From: Dickeya dadantii NCPPB 898
GTDB taxonomy: Bacteria; Pseudomonadota; Gammaproteobacteria; Enterobacterales; Enterobacteriaceae
Assembly (NCBI RefSeq): GCF_000406145.1
Contig: NZ_CM001976.1
Location: 446,930-478,929, forward strand
Direction of reading: 5' to 3'
DNA length: 32,000 nucleotides
Shown piece after piece: positions 1 through 8,206 of this stretch. Both the position numbers and the translations under genes were made by a program. Each line of letters begins with the position of its first letter. Positions within the stretch are counted from its first letter, which is position 1. The notes under the pieces are model-generated. The model did no database searches, had not been told where the DNA came from, and worked only from the letters and a program-made list of their open reading frames with translations.

Positions 1-1
1 C

Positions 2-43
2 CACCGCGCCCGCCCCCTCCCCAAAAAGGGGGCGGGCGCGGTG
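2..43. repeat. Perfect 16-bp GC-rich inverted repeat (arms 2-17 and 28-43, 10-nt loop). Terminator-like or REP-like hairpin at the window edge.
   Basis: Read directly: caccgcgcccgccccc / gggggcgggcgcggtg are exact reverse complements. It lies about 100 nt downstream of the minus-strand gene ending at 141. The minus-strand 3' side runs off the window, so no T-run can be assessed. Confidence 0.4.
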
Positions 44-140
44 CCAGACGCTATCATGATTGGCAAACCATAAGGTCTGGTTGCTACTAATAACGTTAAT
101 TGGTTGGCTTTCGACTAATACTGATGGGAAATGACGCCAT

Positions 141-542
141 TTATTTTAAATCAGCATGCTTAAATGTTTGTTCGCCAGCCTGGCTATTTGTCATTTTTAG
201 CATGCTATTCTCTTCTGTATAAGTGATTAAGGCGTCATTCGGGTTATCTCGCCAACGGCCTATGTAGTTAGGTTCCGAATCACTTCCAGCGGTTCGCCAT
301 AGCACTCGTGACCCTTCTATCATCTTGCACTGATATTTCCACAGGCTATTATCACTTGGCCTGTGATATTGCAAATTAACGAGATCCCCATTCACTTTTG
401 TTTTCATTATTTTGGGTTCTTTTGCGAACTCCATTGACATGGCTGCTTTACAGATTTCAGCATTCGAGAAGGGAGCTGAAAAAGCGGGAATAGCCATTAA
501 TGAGGTACTTAAAATCAGAGAGAACTTAATTAAATGCTTCAT
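141..542 (-). CDS. Small secreted or periplasmic protein of unknown function (133 aa)
   Basis: Clean ORF in an AT-rich patch. The N-terminus MKHLIKFSLILSTSLMAIPAFSAP looks like a Sec signal peptide with an AFS-A cleavage site. I recognise no family. Confidence 0.6.
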   Translation of the reverse strand: MKHLIKFSLILSTSLMAIPAFSAPFSNAEICKAAMSMEFAKEPKIMKTKVNGDLVNLQYHRPSDNSLWKYQCKMIEGSRVLWRTAGSDSEPNYIGRWRDNPNDALITYTEENSMLKMTNSQAGEQTFKHADLK

Positions 543-570
543 AAACCCTCTTTATTTTGATAAAAATTTA

Positions 571-1050
571 TTACCATAACGATAATAATAAGGTGTGTTC
601 CTGTATTTCTGACGGGACAAAACCCCAGTATTGGTAGAACGCTTTTGCCTCATCAGATAACGCATGTACCAATAACGCTTTGTTGCCTACCTGCTGCGCT
701 ACATTGCGGGAGCGGAGTACCGCATCTTTCAGAAGCCCGGCACCGATCCCCATACGTTGATAACGTTCATCAACGGCTAATCGGCCAAGTACCAGAACAG
801 GAATGGGGTCAGGCATATTGCGCCGGAATGCGCCCGGTGCAACCTGACGCTGGATGCTACCCGACGCGAGGGCATAGAACCCCACCACACGCTGTGTACC
901 GGCTTCACACACCACGAAGGTGCGTGAAGCGCCCAGCGTCTGATTTTTTAACGCCTTGCGTTTCAGCCATTCATTCAATGACGGCTCGGAACAATGAAAA
1001 TCCACAACTGCATGTTGAGGCAGCAATAATTCAGGTGCCGTTATTCCCAC
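571..1050 (-). CDS. GNAT-family acetyltransferase toxin of a type II TA pair (TacT/KacT/AtaT-like)
   Basis: The 159-aa protein has a GNAT acetyl-CoA motif region (RYQRMGIGAGLL ... AKAFYQYWGF). It lies immediately downstream of a DUF1778-type gene and overlaps it by 10 nt, which is the canonical TacA-TacT arrangement. Confidence 0.85.
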   Translation of the reverse strand: MGITAPELLLPQHAVVDFHCSEPSLNEWLKRKALKNQTLGASRTFVVCEAGTQRVVGFYALASGSIQRQVAPGAFRRNMPDPIPVLVLGRLAVDERYQRMGIGAGLLKDAVLRSRNVAQQVGNKALLVHALSDEAKAFYQYWGFVPSEIQEHTLLLSLW

Positions 1051-1313
1051 GGAGATTTCCTGTTCAGTAATGCATTCACACGCGGATTATCTGTGACTGG
1101 TGATTCCAACACCTGAATGAAAGCATCATATTGTTCATCATTGACCAGAAACAGCCTTTGATCCAACAACACATCCTCAGCCTCACGGCAGGCAGCATCA
1201 AGGATAAACTCTGTTCTTGATTTCGACAGCAATTTAGCGGCGACATCAATCAGCTCCCGCTGTGATGCTTTAGCACGAATATTAATCGGCATTTCTTTTG
1301 GCTCTGTTCGCAT
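1041..1313 (-). CDS. DUF1778 (RHH-type) antitoxin partner of the GNAT toxin (TacA/KacA-like)
   Basis: The translation MRTEPKEMPINIRAKASQRELIDVAAKLLSKSRTEFILDAA...RLFLVNDEQYDAFIQVLESP is typical of DUF1778. I prefer the ATG at 1313 (codon 25 of the tracked ORF 1041..1385), which gives about 90 aa. The upstream extension is Tyr/Leu-rich and looks non-coding. Confidence 0.8.
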   Translation of the reverse strand: MRTEPKEMPINIRAKASQRELIDVAAKLLSKSRTEFILDAACREAEDVLLDQRLFLVNDEQYDAFIQVLESPVTDNPRVNALLNRKSPWE

Positions 1314-1595
1314 CGTGACCTCTCTGTGTAGCGAATAGCTATACATCCAGTATAGTGAACGGTACAGCAAATAGCCACACGCCATTCATGAACAACATTT
1401 TCGTCATAGCGGGGTTGGGTTAGGATCTGTTACACGGAATCGAACCGGAACGGATAAGAATTAATCTTATTGATAAAATGACGTGATATAGCTCATTGAA
1501 AACATGGGCTAAAAATGAAGTGGGGGCATAAAAGGGGGCACCTAAATTAGGTTGGTGAGTATTAAATTTTATTATTCAATCAATTACATCATTTT

Positions 1596-1616
1596 GCGAG
1601 TCCGGCCTTCGCACCA
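1596..1616 (+). other. Remnant of a tRNA-Leu (leuX-like) 3' end, possibly an att-type scar. Not a functional tRNA.
   Basis: gcgagtccggccttcgcacca matches my memory of the T-arm/acceptor 3' end of E. coli leuX (tcgagtccggccttcggcacca) except for the first base and one missing g. The upstream sequence is AT-rich and cannot form a cloverleaf. Confidence 0.5.
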
Positions 1617-1630
1617 AAATTCAAAAATCA

Positions 1631-1655
1631 AGCCACCTTCGGGTGGCTTTTTTTT
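1631..1655 (+). terminator. Rho-independent terminator
   Basis: Stem agccacc / ggtggct with a ttcg tetraloop, followed by a run of 7 T. It sits 15 nt after the tRNA-like remnant, where a native tRNA terminator would be. Confidence 0.8.
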
Positions 1656-1839
1656 GTGTCCGCTATCGTCCGTTTTATTCAATACATTATTGTTAAATAA
1701 AGATTTAATTCGTGATTTGTGCCTGTGTTTTTTGTCCGTCATCATATCAGAAGATATTGGGGTCAAGATGAGGGCCAATTCGCTTCGATTATGAGTTGAC
1801 CCCCAATTATGGTGCTGACTGACGTTGCTGTGTAGATAT

Positions 1840-1866
1840 TCTCCCCACCGCTTCCGAGTGGGGAGA
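1840..1866 (-). terminator. Hairpin 20 nt downstream of the methyltransferase stop. Possible weak terminator.
   Basis: tctccccac / gtggggaga is a 9-bp perfect stem with a 9-nt loop. There is no clear T-run on the minus strand, so this is weak. Confidence 0.3.
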
Positions 1867-1885
1867 AAATTAGGTGCGGTCTACC

Positions 1886-2608
1886 TCAAACTTTCCGTCC
1901 CACGATTTGGATAATGTTGAAGTATTCTCCGGCCCCCGCTTCCATAATGGGGACCATCATTTCCTGAGCAAGAGAACATTCCATAAAGTCATCCCATGCC
2001 TGCTGGCATGAATCCATTTCGCGCAGCAGGGTAATTTCTATACCGGATTCTTTTTCCCATAGCGCTTTCCACCAGCTACAGGAATAAAAATACCAGTCTG
2101 GTGTCCAGAAAGGTTTGACGACTTCGGGCAGGTTGCCTTCAGAGTAGTCCTGTATAAATCCGGGTACGGCAACCGCTATCAGCCCGCCTTTTTTCACAAA
2201 CGGCAGCAGTTTCGTCAGCATGCCGTCGTTGCTGCCAAAATACTGCCAGGCATCCACGCTGATGATCATGTCGAAGTATTCATGAGCAAAGGGTATCTCC
2301 TTTGTGGCGTCTACCAGCAGAGGAAAAATTTTAGAATCAACGCCCAGACTGGCGAAGCGCTCTGCGTTTTCGGTCGGGGAGATCCATAAATCGGCGGCAA
2401 ACACCGTTACGTCGTATTTTTTCGCCAGCAGGATGGACGAAATGCCTTTCCCGCAACCAAGGTCCAGGATACGCATACCCGGCGAAATGGGGAGCATAGT
2501 GGCCATTTCCTCCGTAATGCGCATGGCATTCGGCCCCATCATGGTGTCCAGAAGAAACGCATTGTCATAGCCATCGGTAAAAGGAGTATTAATAACCATA
2601 TTCATCAC
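1886..2608 (-). CDS. Class I SAM-dependent methyltransferase. YjhP-like by position downstream of topAI.
   Basis: SAM-binding motif I is present (RILDLGCGKGISS), followed by an acidic residue after beta-2 (FAADL). The tracked start at 2608 is GTG, and an ATG follows at 2605. The AAGG Shine-Dalgarno overlaps the topAI stop codon, leaving a 7-nt gap. Confidence 0.85.
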   Translation of the reverse strand: MMNMVINTPFTDGYDNAFLLDTMMGPNAMRITEEMATMLPISPGMRILDLGCGKGISSILLAKKYDVTVFAADLWISPTENAERFASLGVDSKIFPLLVDATKEIPFAHEYFDMIISVDAWQYFGSNDGMLTKLLPFVKKGGLIAVAVPGFIQDYSEGNLPEVVKPFWTPDWYFYSCSWWKALWEKESGIEITLLREMDSCQQAWDDFMECSLAQEMMVPIMEAGAGEYFNIIQIVGRKV

Positions 2609-2615
2609 CTGTACC

Positions 2616-2885
<270 letters not shown>

Positions 2886-2949
2886 TTAATCATCATGTGC
2901 AAAAACAAGCCAACACCCGCAGATGTTTGCGTAAAGTTTAAGCGCAGCG

Positions 2950-2989
2950 ATAATCAGTCCGGCCTGAGCGGTCGGGAAGCTGATTATCT
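2950..2989 (-). promoter_or_regulatory. Stem-loop in the putative long topAI 5' leader
   Basis: gataatcag / ctgattatc are 9-bp perfect arms around a 22-nt GC-rich loop that is itself partly self-complementary. It lies 77-116 nt upstream of the topAI start. Confidence 0.3.
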
Positions 2990-3317
2990 GATGATGACAT
3001 TCTCCAGCATCAAAGCCTCGGTACGAGTTGAAAGGTCGTTACGCAGTTGAAGCTAACACGCTTAGATTTTTTAAAAATACTCCCACAGCACAGAAATGTG
3101 ATTTCAGGTGAGGTTACCCAGTGCGGTGTAGAGTCCCGCCCGTCAGAGCGGGGATATCAGGCGCGGTTTTATTATGTTGTGGATATCGATCCGCCGGGGT
3201 GAGTAATAGGCTTGTTCATGGCAGCATTGTCACTATATACAATGCTGCATCATTCTCCGGCGTATCTGGCGCTCGTCACTGTGTGCCGTCAGCGGCCATC
3301 AACCATGCGGCTGAACT

Positions 3318-3671
3318 TTAAATCACGTAGCGCGGTATCAATTCACCCACATGCGGCACGGTCCGTGTGCAGCGTTCCGCCTGCTCGCAAATCTCCAGCA
3401 GCGCCGGGATCAGGTGCGCGGCGGCATTCAGGCTGGCGCCAAGATGGCGGCGCTGTTCGGGGCCGATGTCGGCGCCGTTTTGCAACCGGTCGCCAAGTTC
3501 GCTGAGCCCGTGGCACAACCCGGAAACGGATTCAGCGGCGATAGCGCCCAGATCGCACAGTTGAGCATCATCAAGCTGGTAGAACGGCAGGCTGGCGATC
3601 AGGTCACGAAAAATGGTGATGCTGCTGTCAGCGGGAGTGGTGTGGGTATCCGTCATAGTTAAATCTTCCAT
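3318..3671 (-). CDS. Hypothetical acidic helical protein (112-117 aa)
   Basis: This is the most protein-like of several overlapping ORFs here (ITIFRDLIASLPFYQLDDAQLCDLGAIAAESVSGL...). The ATG at 3656 has a GGAAG Shine-Dalgarno about 10 nt upstream and is a better start than 3671. No family recognised. Confidence 0.5.
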   Translation of the reverse strand: MEDLTMTDTHTTPADSSITIFRDLIASLPFYQLDDAQLCDLGAIAAESVSGLCHGLSELGDRLQNGADIGPEQRRHLGASLNAAAHLIPALLEICEQAERCTRTVPHVGELIPRYVI

Positions 3672-4128
3672 TGCTAGATAGTTATGCCATCACGCCTTCA
3701 GGTTCCAAGCTAAAGGTGTGACCCAGACAGGGTTGGAACACCGGATCTAGCGACCGGCCAACCTTACGGTTGCCCTGCCTGAGCCACGGATAAAGAGTGT
3801 GCACGCAGCCCCTGAAAAAACAAAGCGTTTTCCAGTTCCAGATATTCGGGGTTCCACGCCCGGCTGCGGATATGGCCGCAGCACAAGCACTCTATGCCAG
3901 CCGCTAACCGGGTGAAAGAAGCTGGATGGATTTACAGTGATGTTGCGATGCATTTTGGAATGCTGCTCGCAAAATGGGCCAGAATTGCTCCCTAAAAACT
4001 GTCGCTGGCAGGTCGCGCTAGCCCTCTGCAACTCCCCATTCCCCACCCGCTTTTCCCTATTTGCCGCCGGAGGGATTTGTCCGTGCTGAATTATGGTGTG
4101 AAGACATCTATCTGTCGGGGGAAACACC

Positions 4129-4932
4129 ATGAAAGGGTACCATTTAAAAGAGCAACATCGCCGTAAATCCTGGGTGCGTGATACGAATACGGATGCAGAG
4201 GCGGCTTTGCTGAACTACCTGCCCGAACTACTGAACATGCTGAAGCTGACAATGCCGGTGCCGCCGTCGGTGATTACCCGCGACATTGAGGGCGAAACCT
4301 TTTTCGATATTCTCTATCGGTGTGATTTTAACGCCCGGCAAAACATCCACCAGATTGAGAAGATCTTTTCCGTGAAAGAAGAGTTTACGCCGGAGTGGGT
4401 GCCCGGTGCCGATCTGGCGCTGCCGGTGATCGCTCAGGAAGACCACGTATTACCGGACAAACACTACCTGCTGTTGGGGTTGGATTTGTTTGCCGCCGTT
4501 GAGCAAGGCGATACCTGCATCTCGCCGCATGGCTGGGGAGACAATCATCTGACCGGTAAAGACATGTCGGCAAGCGAGTTTCTGGAACTGAAACCCCGGC
4601 CTGCTTGCCTCTATGCCGGCGTGCTGCATGGACATGCAGGACAGCCGCTGTCGCCGCCGCAATTGTTGGGTTGGCTGGAACTGATGCGTCAGGCGTACGG
4701 CTATCCGTCCTCGACGGTAGTACTACTCGCTCCGGTGGCTGAATCGTCCGGCTTTGCCGGCTGGTTCGGTCTGTATCAGCGTAACGGTGTGATAGGGAAG
4801 GCGCCGCAGTGGCAAAGCCTGTCGGTGCTGGCGAAAGACGTTCATTTCTGGGAAGCGATGAAGGAAACCGGGCTGGCGCATAATGTGTATGTCAGTGGTA
4901 TGGGCGCGAATTCAGCTTATCAGGGGAACTAG
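4129..4932 (+). CDS. Hypothetical protein (267 aa)
   Basis: Long ORF with normal amino-acid composition and an ATG start preceded by gggggaaacacc. No signal peptide, TM segment or recognisable motif. A hairpin at 5006-5036 (atctcttg / caagagat) lies downstream. Confidence 0.6.
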   Translation: MKGYHLKEQHRRKSWVRDTNTDAEAALLNYLPELLNMLKLTMPVPPSVITRDIEGETFFDILYRCDFNARQNIHQIEKIFSVKEEFTPEWVPGADLALPVIAQEDHVLPDKHYLLLGLDLFAAVEQGDTCISPHGWGDNHLTGKDMSASEFLELKPRPACLYAGVLHGHAGQPLSPPQLLGWLELMRQAYGYPSSTVVLLAPVAESSGFAGWFGLYQRNGVIGKAPQWQSLSVLAKDVHFWEAMKETGLAHNVYVSGMGANSAYQGN

Positions 4933-5125
4933 TTTCTCTGTTTTGCCGGTTCTTTTCGGTTGCTGGTGTATCTCGGGCAGGTACCACGTCCTCCGCTATA
5001 AGGCTATCTCTTGGTCAGGCTGTCTGATCAAGAGATTTCGCCTGTTGATAAACATTTAACCCACCTTAACGTTAAACGTTGCTGTGCTTCGCTATTTTTC
5101 AGGCCGCACGGCTCTTCATGGCTTG

Positions 5126-5608
5126 CTACTGGGGTGTTTTGAGTGGTTTCTTGATAGGAAATGTCGCGAAGGGTTTGATTTCTTTGAGGACGAACATACT
5201 TTGCATCTCTTTGATGCCAGGCAGGCGTCTGATGACGGACATAGCGAATTCCGCATAGGAATCCAGATCGCGTGAAACCACCTGCAACAGGAAGTCGGCG
5301 TCGCCACCCATGCTGTAGCAGGCCACCACGTCTTCCAGGTCTGTCACTTCCTGCTCGAATTTACGCGCCTGAGCTTCACTGTGGCTATCAATCGTGACAC
5401 GAACGAATACCATGACGCCAAGGCCAATTTTCCGGCGGTCCAGTACGGCGCGATAGCTTTGGATGACATCTTCTTCTTCCAGCTTGCGGACTTTGCGCCA
5501 GCATGGAGAGGGAGACATACCTATTTGTTCTGCTAATGTCTGGTTGGTGATTCGGGCATCTTTCTGTAACAGGGTCAGAATCTTAATGTCTGTTAGGTTT
5601 AGTTTCAT
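5126..5608 (-). CDS. Lrp/AsnC family transcriptional regulator
   Basis: N-terminal wHTH LTDIKILTLLQKDARITNQTLAEQIGMSPSPCWRKVRKLEEEDVI followed by a RAM/ASNC ligand domain. It is divergent from the 5772-8137 gene string. Confidence 0.9.
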   Translation of the reverse strand: MKLNLTDIKILTLLQKDARITNQTLAEQIGMSPSPCWRKVRKLEEEDVIQSYRAVLDRRKIGLGVMVFVRVTIDSHSEAQARKFEQEVTDLEDVVACYSMGGDADFLLQVVSRDLDSYAEFAMSVIRRLPGIKEMQSMFVLKEIKPFATFPIKKPLKTPQ

Positions 5609-5771
5609 TCTGGTAATTTTCTTTCTTTTTGATGTCTTATATGGGTTAATCTTACCCTTATTGGTTGTATTCTCAACGGTTATAGATAGAAAATTTCCTT
5701 TTTAATGATTCATAATACTTTTCCAAAGCTAATGGGTAATGCGGTCAGTAAAGGGAGCGGTAAGGAAAAGT

Positions 5772-6146
5772 ATGATCCTGCATATTGTGCTGTTCACATT
5801 CAAAAACCCTTATAACTGGTCATCGCCAGCTGCGCTGGAAGCGGAAGAAATTACACGGAGTCATCCGCTTCATATCAGTGAAATTCGTGGTTGGGGATGT
5901 GGACGAAATATTACTGATAGAGCGGTGGCTGCCGATTTCGTTGTGTTAGGTATGTTCGATACCCAGCAGGATGTTGCTGCTTATCTTGTCCACTCAAATC
6001 ATCAGGTTGGGGTGGAAAAGTGGAAAGCTATCGCTGAATGGAACGTAGTGGATATCGATTTGAATAGCGATTTATCGCATACCTATGGCCTGTTACGGTC
6101 GCTGGGAATGGCGGGAAATAATTGCCTTGAGGTCGTTGGGGATTAA
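5772..6146 (+). CDS. Dabb (stress-responsive alpha/beta-barrel) domain protein
   Basis: MILHIVLFTFKNP... is the typical Dabb N-terminal strand, and HSNHQVGVEKW is typical of the C-terminal half. I prefer the ATG at 5772, which is in frame with tracked ORF 5739. Confidence 0.75.
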   Translation: MILHIVLFTFKNPYNWSSPAALEAEEITRSHPLHISEIRGWGCGRNITDRAVAADFVVLGMFDTQQDVAAYLVHSNHQVGVEKWKAIAEWNVVDIDLNSDLSHTYGLLRSLGMAGNNCLEVVGD

Positions 6147-6148
6147 TC

Positions 6149-6571
6149 ATGAAATTTGATGCAACTTCTCATAAGTGTACGATTGTTATCGATAAAGATT
6201 TAGGTGCGGGCCTTTCGATCAACGCGGCCAGCGTCATTGGTATCAGTTTTGGGCGGACGGTGGAGAACCTGGTTGGTCCGGATATGCAAAGTCAGGATGC
6301 CGTGAACTACCCTGGTGTGATTTATGCTCCGTTGCCGGTGTTGCTGGCGCCGGGGGGATACGTGCAGGAGTTGCTTCGACATGCCGAAAATGACGAAGAA
6401 GTTTACGCCATGCCTTTCAGCGCACTAGCGCAGTCCTGCCGAACCTATGATGAATATGGTGAGCGAATATCTGCGGTAAGTAGCGATAATATCGAACTAG
6501 TGGCGATTGGATTAATTGGTCCGAAAAAGAAAATTACGCGGCTAACGGGTAATCTCCCACTCTTTAAATAA
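6149..6571 (+). CDS. DUF2000-like small protein (family assignment from memory)
   Basis: The 140-aa ORF starts 3 nt after the Dabb stop. Features GAGLSINAASVIGISFG and a C-terminal LTGNLPL fit my recollection of DUF2000. Confidence 0.6.
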   Translation: MKFDATSHKCTIVIDKDLGAGLSINAASVIGISFGRTVENLVGPDMQSQDAVNYPGVIYAPLPVLLAPGGYVQELLRHAENDEEVYAMPFSALAQSCRTYDEYGERISAVSSDNIELVAIGLIGPKKKITRLTGNLPLFK

Positions 6572-6703
6572 TATATGAGTTATTTGTTAATTCACGCAAG
6601 TTTTATTAGTAATGACGATTGTTGCTAATAAATCTTGTGTGGAATGCAATCGTGCTTTTCTGCTGTTTCGCCTATTTATTTCATACTGCTCAAGGAATAT
6701 GAT

Positions 6704-7132
6704 ATGTATGCTATTTTCAAACCAGCGCTGATGCAAAAAGCTCAACATATATATGAAGAACACTTGCGTTTTGAGCGAGGTGAAACCACGTTATCTGCTC
6801 TACGCGAGCATCAGAAAATACAATTAATATCAACGTTAGATTATGTCACCAACCATTCTTTATTTTATAAAAAACATTTGGCAGGATTGACTGCTAATGA
6901 TGTGAGTCAATTCAGCCTTGAGCAGATATCTTCATTACCTTTTACTACAAAAGAGGATTTGCGTAAAAACGGCGGATTATTGCCTTCGGCAGCTTTGCAT
7001 GACTGTTGGATTTATTATGAAACAACAGGCACAACCGGTACTCCCACTCCGTGCCCACGTAATGAAATTGATTCATTACATAACAATACGCCTTTGATTC
7101 TTCGCTATCGTGAGAGGCTAGAGAACAATTAA
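6704..7132 (+). pseudogene. N-terminal fragment (about 143 aa) of a phenylacetate-CoA ligase / F390-synthetase-like adenylating enzyme
   Basis: It contains LPFTTKEDLR and the AMP-binding P-loop-like YYETTGTTGTPTP, then stops about 30 aa later. Intact family members are about 430 aa. The ATG at 6704 has an AAGGA Shine-Dalgarno. Confidence 0.65.
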
Positions 7133-7149
7133 ATCAGAGTAATGGTTTA

Positions 7150-7470
7150 TTGATTGTGGCAAATGCATATCCTCAGATTAACGATTTCTATATGGATCTC
7201 CGGCTGAAATTAACGGGAACCTTTGTGTTTGATACACCGCTTTATGGACTGGCGATTAAGGAAACGCTACCCAATCGTCCAGTGATCGTTGCCTCTCATC
7301 CTGCGCCTGTCCCACTTATTCAGGAACTCTTACCGGACGGTTTAAGTGTGGAGCGTGTGGTTACGATGTCATCCACCAGCGCGGCGGCCCAGGCGGTAGC
7401 CAACCATGAAGTTGATATGGCATTGACGACGGAGGTAGCCGTCAATCAGGGAACTGGTTTAGACATGTGA
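7150..7470 (+). pseudogene. Internal fragment of a BacA-like prephenate decarboxylase/dehydratase (PDT-fold) gene
   Basis: YPQINDFYMD...FVFDTPLYGLAIKE...VIVASHPAPVPLIQ...SSTSAAAQAV...MALTTEVA..GTGL parallels my memory of B. subtilis BacA (HFYMRPDLQL..CDTPMYGLAV..VIVSHPSPINLI..NSTSAAAKRV..IAITNELA..YGL). It starts at a TTG with no Shine-Dalgarno and lacks about 85 N-terminal and about 25 C-terminal residues. Confidence 0.6.
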
Positions 7471-7510
7471 TTGGAATATAACCACAACGTTGAATGAGGA
7501 AAGAGACACA

Positions 7511-8137
7511 ATGCTGGAACCCGCACAAATCCTGGCTTATATCACCGCATTGGGGTTGGCGGCTGCCATTCCCGGTCCGGGGATGACGGCGCTGGTTGCG
7601 CGTAGTGTCAGTGGCGGCGCGATCACTGGCTTTACTATGCTGGCTGGCTTGATTATCGGCGATTTGATTTACCTGTCATTTGCTGTTTTCGGATTGGCGG
7701 TCGTGGCGCACAGTTACGGTGCGCTGTTTACTCTGATCAGCTGGGGGGCGGCGATTTACCTTGGCTGGCTTTCCTGGCAGTTCTGGAGCCATAACCCAGA
7801 GGCGATCGCTATCGATCAAAGAATCAGCCGGCGTGAGCTGGCTTCCGCCTGGTTCTCCGGCCTGACTATTACGTTGGGTAATCCCAAAACCATTGCTTTC
7901 TATCTGGCGTTATTGCCGCTGGTGATCACACTGGATACCGTGTCGCTGCAGACTTGGGCATTGATGCTGGTGCCACTGACCATCAGCGTGTTGCTGGCGG
8001 TAGGTGCGGTATTTATTCTCGGTGCATTGAGAATTCGGCATTTGCTAGCCAGCACTCGCGCGCAGCTCTGGCTTTTCAGAAGTGCGGCGATGATTATGCT
8101 GGCCGCCTCACTGGGAATGGTGTGGAAGACACTGTAG
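7511..8137 (+). CDS. LysE/RhtB family amino-acid exporter
   Basis: About 208 aa with six hydrophobic segments. The N-terminal motif is AIPGPGMTALVARSV and the mid-protein motif is LGNPKTIAFYLALLP. I prefer the ATG at 7511 (AGGA upstream) over the TTG at 7490. Confidence 0.85.
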   Translation: MLEPAQILAYITALGLAAAIPGPGMTALVARSVSGGAITGFTMLAGLIIGDLIYLSFAVFGLAVVAHSYGALFTLISWGAAIYLGWLSWQFWSHNPEAIAIDQRISRRELASAWFSGLTITLGNPKTIAFYLALLPLVITLDTVSLQTWALMLVPLTISVLLAVGAVFILGALRIRHLLASTRAQLWLFRSAAMIMLAASLGMVWKTL

Positions 8138-8206
8138 GCGGCGCCACGCATAACACAGGAGGAACTACGGTCGCGTTTTCGTGGCGTTGTCTCCCGCCTG
8201 CGGTTC

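Noticed and set aside
645-1070. 141-aa plus-strand ORF antisense to the GNAT toxin gene
   Set aside because: It has no motifs and is His/Pro/Cys-rich. The opposite strand encodes a clear GNAT fold paired with a DUF1778 gene.
1530-1616. Possibility of a complete tRNA-Leu gene ending at 1616
   Set aside because: The 65 nt or so upstream of the matching 3' end are AT-rich (attaaattttattattcaatcaattacatcatttt). They cannot form acceptor, D or anticodon stems, so only the 3' fragment is present.
1552-1794. ORFs 1552..1794 (+) and 1584..1778 (-) across the tRNA remnant and terminator
   Set aside because: They run straight through a tRNA-like fragment and an intrinsic terminator in AT-rich DNA. 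The translations are low in complexity.
3747-4130. 127-aa minus-strand ORF filling the gap between the two unknown genes
   Set aside because: Its composition (Arg/Gly/Pro/Cys-rich, no secondary-structure periodicity) looks non-coding and it has no Shine-Dalgarno. I kept the region as an unexplained intergenic stretch instead.
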